Under the pieces are notes generated by a model. The model saw only the letters and a list, made by a program, of their open reading frames with translations, was not told the origin of the DNA and ran no database searches. Both the position numbers and the translations under genes were made by a program. Of a stretch of 64,000 bases of DNA, positions 57,970 through 64,000 are shown one piece after another. This stretch comes from Eledone cirrhosa (taxonomy: Eukaryota): NCBI GenBank assembly GCA_964016885.1, contig OZ024743.1, positions 126,418,001 through 126,482,000 on the forward strand, in the 5' to 3' direction. Numbering within the stretch: position 1 is the first letter of the stretch; each line of letters opens with the position of its first letter.

Positions 57970-58776
57970 TCACGACCTTTCAGACCTGTATTAGTTGGGG
58001 TGAGGTCATATATTTTATCGTTCCTGGGGTTTTTAACCCTAGGAAAGGAAAATGCTTCTCTGATGATCTTTGCTTTTCCATTAATATCCATGTGATATCT
58101 AATGTTTTGCAACGTGAAACTGTACAGTAAGGGCCATTTGAATAGGTAAATATTTATATTATATTTTTTAATTTTGATTAATTTTAATTGTAAATTAATT
58201 TTGATTTATTTTGAAAAATTGGTTGAATTTTACTTGTTCTGCTTATCTTGATATTAAGTTCTGGTATATCAAATTATTACCATAGAACCACCTTAAATCA
58301 TAGACACCCTATGTATTTCTGGCGGTACATTGTACCCTCAGATATATTAACCTTATTCATTATTCTCCAATTATGTAGAGAAAAAATTCTGTCGTTCTAT
58401 CTAGCTGCTAAAAATTTTTTTTTTTTGGTAGCGAACATAGACAACAAATCTACGATTTCCCGCCTTCACTATACACCAAAGTATTTATGGGTCACTTTCA
58501 CGACCTTTCAGACCTGTATTAGTTGGAGTGAGGTCATATATTTTATCGTTCCTGGGGTTTTTAACCCTAGGAAAAGAAAATGCTTCTCTGATGATCTTTG
58601 CTTTTCCATTAATATCCATGTGATATCTAATGTTTTGCAACATGAAACTGTACAGTAAGGGCCATTTGAATAGGTAAATATTTATATTATATTTTTTAAT
58701 TTTGATTAATTTTAATTGTAAATTAATTTTGATTTATTTCGAAAAATTGGTTGAATTTTACTTGTTCTGCTTATCT

Positions 58777-58782
<6 letters not shown>
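57970..58782 (+). mobile_element. ORF-less 528-bp unit in ~1.5 tandem copies with two hammerheads (58050-58139, 58578-58667); tandem PLE repeat or retrozyme-like
   Basis: 57970-58254 repeats at 58498-58782; AAATGCTTCT-CTGATGA-...-GAAA-CTGTACAG-TA-AGGGCCATTT in both; (TA)n on both sides. Confidence 0.85.
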
Positions 58783-58856
<74 letters not shown>

Positions 58857-58910
58857 GTATATATATATATATATATATATATATACGTATATATATATAT
58901 ATATATATAC

Positions 58911-59000
<90 letters not shown>

Positions 59001-59028
59001 GTATATATATATATATATATATATATAC

Positions 59029-59072
<44 letters not shown>

Positions 59073-59127
59073 GTATATATATATATATATATATATACGT
59101 ATATATATATATATATATATATATACG

Positions 59128-59150
<23 letters not shown>

Positions 59151-59160
<10 letters not shown>

Positions 59161-60350
59161 CGTAAAATAAGAAAATTATAAAATTAACTTACTTACTAAA
59201 ATATCACTTCCAACTAATTAGTTTCTGGAATGGAATAAATATATTTTCCGAAGAAGATACAGAGAAGCATTCCGTCGTCAGGGAGGTCTATTCTCATCTA
59301 AGTATCCGGGCAAAGCGTGGACACTGGAAACTTATTAAAAAATAATTCAGTGGATAGGAAATAGCAAAGCGTGGACTGAATTCCTAGCCATTGAGAAAAT
59401 CACTGCCTCTGCGTCGGTGGCAATTTCAAAAAGAATCAATCACGTGACATCGAGGTCAATCAGTGGAAAGTGGTTTGCTAATAAGACAGCGGCCTGCTAC
59501 CATAGTAGCAGTCATGGCCAATATTGCTCGACAAATAATTTGGAGATAATTATAAAGAATTAATATCTAGTAACATATATATACATACAGATGCATATCA
59601 ATGCTAGCAAATATATAGGTTTTGTCTTAGTAACTTTGTGGTTCAATGCATGGGGTTGCAGAACAATAATATGAGAGACGTAAAATAAGAAAATTATAAA
59701 ATTAACTTACTTACTAAAATATCACTTCCAACTAATATTGAACCACAAAGTTACTAAGACAAAACCTATATATTTGCTAGCATTGATATGCATCTGTATG
59801 TATATATATGTTACTAGATATTAATTCTTTATAATTATCTCCAAATTATTTGTCGAGCAATATTGGCCCTGACTGATGCTATTGTAGCAGGCCGCTGTCT
59901 TATTAGCAAACCACTTTCCACTGATTGACCTCGATGTCACGTGATTGATTCTTTTTGAAATTGCCACCGTCGCAGAGGCAGTGATTTTCTCAATGGCTAG
60001 GAATTCAGTCCACGCTTTGCTATTTCCTATCCACTGAATTATTTTTTAATAAGTTTCCAGTGTCCACGCTTTGCCTGGATACTTAGATGAGAATAGACCT
60101 CCCTGACGACGGAATGCTTCTCTGTATCTTCTTCGGAAAATATATTTATTCCATTACAGAAACTAATTAGTTGGAAGTGATATTTTAGTAAGTAAGTTAA
60201 TTTTATAATTTTCTTATTTTACGTCTCTCATATTATTGTTCTGCAACCCCATGCATTGAACCACAAAGTTACTAAGACAAAACCTATATATTTGCTAGCA
60301 TTGATATGCATCTGTATGTATATATATGTTACTAGATATTAATTCTTTAT
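59151..60350. mobile_element. ORF-less 518-bp unit in two head-to-head arms, each longer than one unit, with hammerheads at 59206-59287 (-) and 60097-60178 (+)
   Basis: 59153 repeats at 59671 and 59737 at 60255; ACCTCC-CTGACGA-CGGAATG...CATT(C/A)CA-GAAA-CTAATTAG-TT-GGAAGT. Confidence 0.85.
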
Positions 60351-60459
60351 ATATATATATATATACGTATATATATATATATATATATATATATACGTGT
60401 ATATATATATATATTAAGGGGGGGAAGAAAATTTTAAAAATTAAGTCGTTGGTTATATA

Positions 60460-60517
<58 letters not shown>

Positions 60518-60521
<4 letters not shown>

Positions 60522-60690
60522 GACAGGGGGGAAGAAAAAATTGGCTTTACTTGTGCTTTCAACAAATTTATTTTCTTCACAAAATCCAAAAATAATTTTT
60601 TTCCGGATTAGAAATTTTTTTGATTTTGTGAAGAAAATAAATTTGTTGAAAGCACAAGAGAAGCTATTTTTTTCTTCCCTCCTGTCTTAA
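60518..60690. repeat. Imperfect foldback (~80-bp arms) bounded by TTAA; possible MITE
   Basis: TTAAGACAGG...CTTGTGCTTTCAACAAATTTATTTTCTTCACAAAATC / GATTTTGTGAAGAAAATAAATTTGTTGAAAGCACAAG...CCTGTCTTAA. Confidence 0.75.
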
Positions 60691-60749
60691 TATACCTAAC
60701 AGTACCAAGGATTACACACATTTTCCAATATATATATATATATATATAC

Positions 60750-60850
<101 letters not shown>

Positions 60851-60867
60851 CATATATATATGTATGC

Positions 60868-60905
<38 letters not shown>

Positions 60906-60922
60906 ATATATATATATGTATG

Positions 60923-60957
<35 letters not shown>

Positions 60958-60962
60958 GTATG

Positions 60963-61077
<115 letters not shown>

Positions 61078-61106
61078 GTATATATATATATATATATATA
61101 TATACG

Positions 61107-61152
<46 letters not shown>

Positions 61153-61153
61153 C

Positions 61154-61196
<43 letters not shown>

Positions 61197-61198
61197 CG

Positions 61199-61336
<138 letters not shown>

Positions 61337-61419
61337 AATATGTATATATGTATATATATATATAAATATGTATATATATATATGTATATATATATGTATA
61401 TATATATATATATGTATAA

Positions 61420-62540
61420 CTTTGAATAACTTTGAAATGTTTGGGCCAGTATTGGCCCAGGCCATGTCTAACTTAATAGCACCACCTGGCGAAGTCTTTC
61501 AATTCAGGATTTGGGCACCATGGCCCATTCGAGAAGAGAATTACTGTTTGCGGAGACATATCCGGGTGTGGGTGGTTTGTCCGGGATTACTTGGAGGAAT
61601 TTGTCCAAAGACTTCTTGAATTTTGTGTGGTCAGTTTCTGTTTTGACGTGTCCTGGTGTGATGTTGAAGAGAGCAGGGCCGATTGAGGTAAAATAATTGT
61701 GCCGTATTGTTGTTATGAGTTGCGATTTAGATTTTTGAATGGGACGGATAGCACGGGGCCCAAGCCTTGGGTGTATCTTGAAGGCGATGCCAACATCATT
61801 TGGGCAGTGATGATGGAACATTTTCCACATCATGCAGATAATATAACGCTCACGGCGACGTTGGAGTGAGTAAAGTTTCAGGTTTTCTAATCGACCCCAG
61901 TAGTCAAGGTCTGACATGCCATCTATCTTTTTCGTGATTGCCCTTTGAGGAGCTTCAAGTTTCATGATACTTTGTTTCGTGTGGGGAGACCACAGTGGAC
62001 AACAGTATTCAAGGTGTGGTCGGGCAAAAGTAGAGAAGAGAAGGATAATGGTGCGGGAATCTCTCGACTGGAAGGTTCTGAGGATCCAGGAACACATTCT
62101 GCGGGCCATGTCAACTTTGCTGCTTATATGCGTGGTCCAGCTTATGTTGCTGTCCACGGTTACTCCCAAGTCTCTGATGTTGTTAGATGCCACGAGAGTT
62201 TCCCCGGAGGGAAGGGAGTACGGGAGTTTCAGAGCATCCTCTTTTCCAAAGTGGATCAGTTCGAATTTGTGTTCGTTCAGAAACATGTTGTTCTTTTCTG
62301 CCCATTGGGTAACAGCCAGTAGGTCTGACTGAAGGCTTATCCGGTCATCCACGCCATTGATGACCTTTTGGAGCTTGGAATCATCAGCGAAAATTTTAAT
62401 GTTGCTGTGTTTGATGATGTCAGTGATGTCATTAATATAGATGATGAAGAGAAGTGGGCCCAACACAGTGCCTTGTGGGACCCCACTACTGACTTTGGCT
62501 GGGCTTGATTTGACTCCCTCAACTACAACATGTTGGGTTA
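61420..62540 (-). mobile_element. CR1-like LINE, 5'-truncated, uninterrupted RT C-half
   Basis: SGVPQGTVLGPLLFIIYIND, FADDSKL, RDLGV, RPHLEYC..WSP, SLQRRRERY; 3' hairpin TGGGCCA..TGGCCCA and TTCAAAGTTA repeat. Confidence 0.92.
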
Positions 62541-62550
62541 AGAATATATG

Positions 62551-62633
<83 letters not shown>

Positions 62634-62839
62634 GATTGATTTAGAACGTAGTCAGACCTTGACTACTGGGGTCGATTAGAAAACCTGAAACTTTACTCAC
62701 TCCAACGTCGCCGTGAGCGTTATATTATCTGCATGATGTGGAAAATGTTCCATCATCACTGCCCAAATGATGTTGGCATCGCCTTCAAGATACACCCAAG
62801 GCTTGGGCCCCGTGCTATCCGTCCCATTCAAAAATCTAA

Positions 62840-63941
62840 TCACGATTTAGAACGTAGCACGATGGAAAGCATCCAGCAGATAGCTAATTCCATACACCAG
62901 AGTATAACTGTAACTATAGACTTCCCTTCCAAACACCCTAACAATAGACTACCTGTATTAGACACAGAACTCTGGATTAACACTATAGACGAGAGAGCCC
63001 AAATTCTCCACTCACACTATGCTAAACCCATGGCCTCCAAATACCTGATACTCAAAAACTCAGCAATGTCCAGTAGTGCTAAGTTTAATATTCTGATCGC
63101 AGATTTGGTACGAGTGATGAAGAATGTGTCCAGCATGTGCGACCCAACAGAAATGGAAGGACACATCCAACACTTCATCAACCGCATGCAGTTCTCTGGC
63201 TACAACCAAAGAGACAGAGTCAGAGTATACGAAGGAGCCATGGAAAAGTATAAGACCCTCATAGAACTGGACATGAAAGGAATTTGCCCACTATACAGGA
63301 GCAAATCATGGAATAGCTTAGATAGGGCTAGACATAAGATAGGGAAGGCCACATCATGGTACGACAACCAGAGATATCAGAGTGTCATGTTTGTGGACGC
63401 CACCCCAGGAGGGAAATTAGCTAACCAGTGTAGAAAGGCCCTGAGAAAGACCCACTTAAAAATAAAGGTGGTAGAAAAGCCAGGAACCACCATAAAATCC
63501 CTGATCAGCAAAACCTACCCTTTTAAGAAAACCCACTGTACCAATAGGAAATGTATCATATGTAAGGTGAACCCCCGGATAAACTGTAAAACTAGAAACG
63601 TAGTCTATAGCATAAGATGTACAGAGGGTACTTGTAGAAACACGACAACAACATACATAGGTGAGACAGCTCGTAGCATAGGTGAAAGGATAGACCAACA
63701 CTGGGGGGAACTAAAAGGACGAAAAAACGGGTCAGTACTATACGAACATGCTAGACAACATCATGACGGTAACATAGACAACATAGAAATTAGAATAATA
63801 TCTAAACATAGGAATGACCCAGCAGATAGGCAAATCAGAGAGGCCAGTGAAATAGAAATTAGAAGACCAAAGCTAAACAGAAAGAATGAGTGGAACAACA
63901 ACAACACCCAAACAAACAACACTGACCTAAGAGAAGTATAA
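62840..63941 (+). mobile_element. Penelope-like element, 5'-truncated: RT thumb, Cys-rich linker and GIY-YIG endonuclease, open frame
   Basis: LPVLDTELW, HYAKP, FSGY, FVDATPGG, C..C..C..C, NVVYSIRC, YIGETARSIGERIDQH, RQIRE, LNRKNEW. Confidence 0.9.
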
Positions 63942-64000
63942 ATAAATAAATAAGTAAATTAAATTAAATAAAATAAGATAAATAAATACATACACAAGCA

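Noticed and set aside
59151-60350. A-to-G editing signature between the two arms
   Set aside because: Differences include several transversions and show no strand bias
62733-63941. 402-aa ORF as a novel protein
   Set aside because: Chance in-frame fusion of a CR1 fragment with a truncated PLE

Overview
AT-rich, repeat-saturated eukaryotic DNA. The SINE/LINE repertoire and microsatellite load look like a coleoid cephalopod (octopus-like); this is inferred, not verified. Nearly all long ORFs in the supplied track are (TA)n/(CA)n microsatellite artefacts or retroelement remnants. The only host-gene candidate is one probable first coding exon (minus, 6490-6607). The rest is nested non-LTR elements (RTE with a PHD finger, a second RTE/RTEX-like type, CR1-like, R4/Dong-like, Tx1-like, CRE-like), two tRNA-SINE families, several MITEs, a small Helitron and many Penelope-like element (PLE) pieces. 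Three signals stand out. (1) About 15 minimal type-I hammerhead ribozyme motifs lie between 25.6 and 60.2 kb, many with unusually long stem II and palindromic stem III. (2) Two ORF-less units of 528 and 518 nt each carry a hammerhead, occur as more-than-one-unit tandem or permuted copies inside (TA)n, and resemble retrozymes. (3) Two copies of a PLE terminal repeat differ only by sense-strand A/G substitutions (17 of 17, plus one 2-nt indel), and these destroy the hammerhead core in one copy, consistent with ADAR-edited RNA written back into the genome. All alignments and folds were done by eye; element boundaries are approximate.
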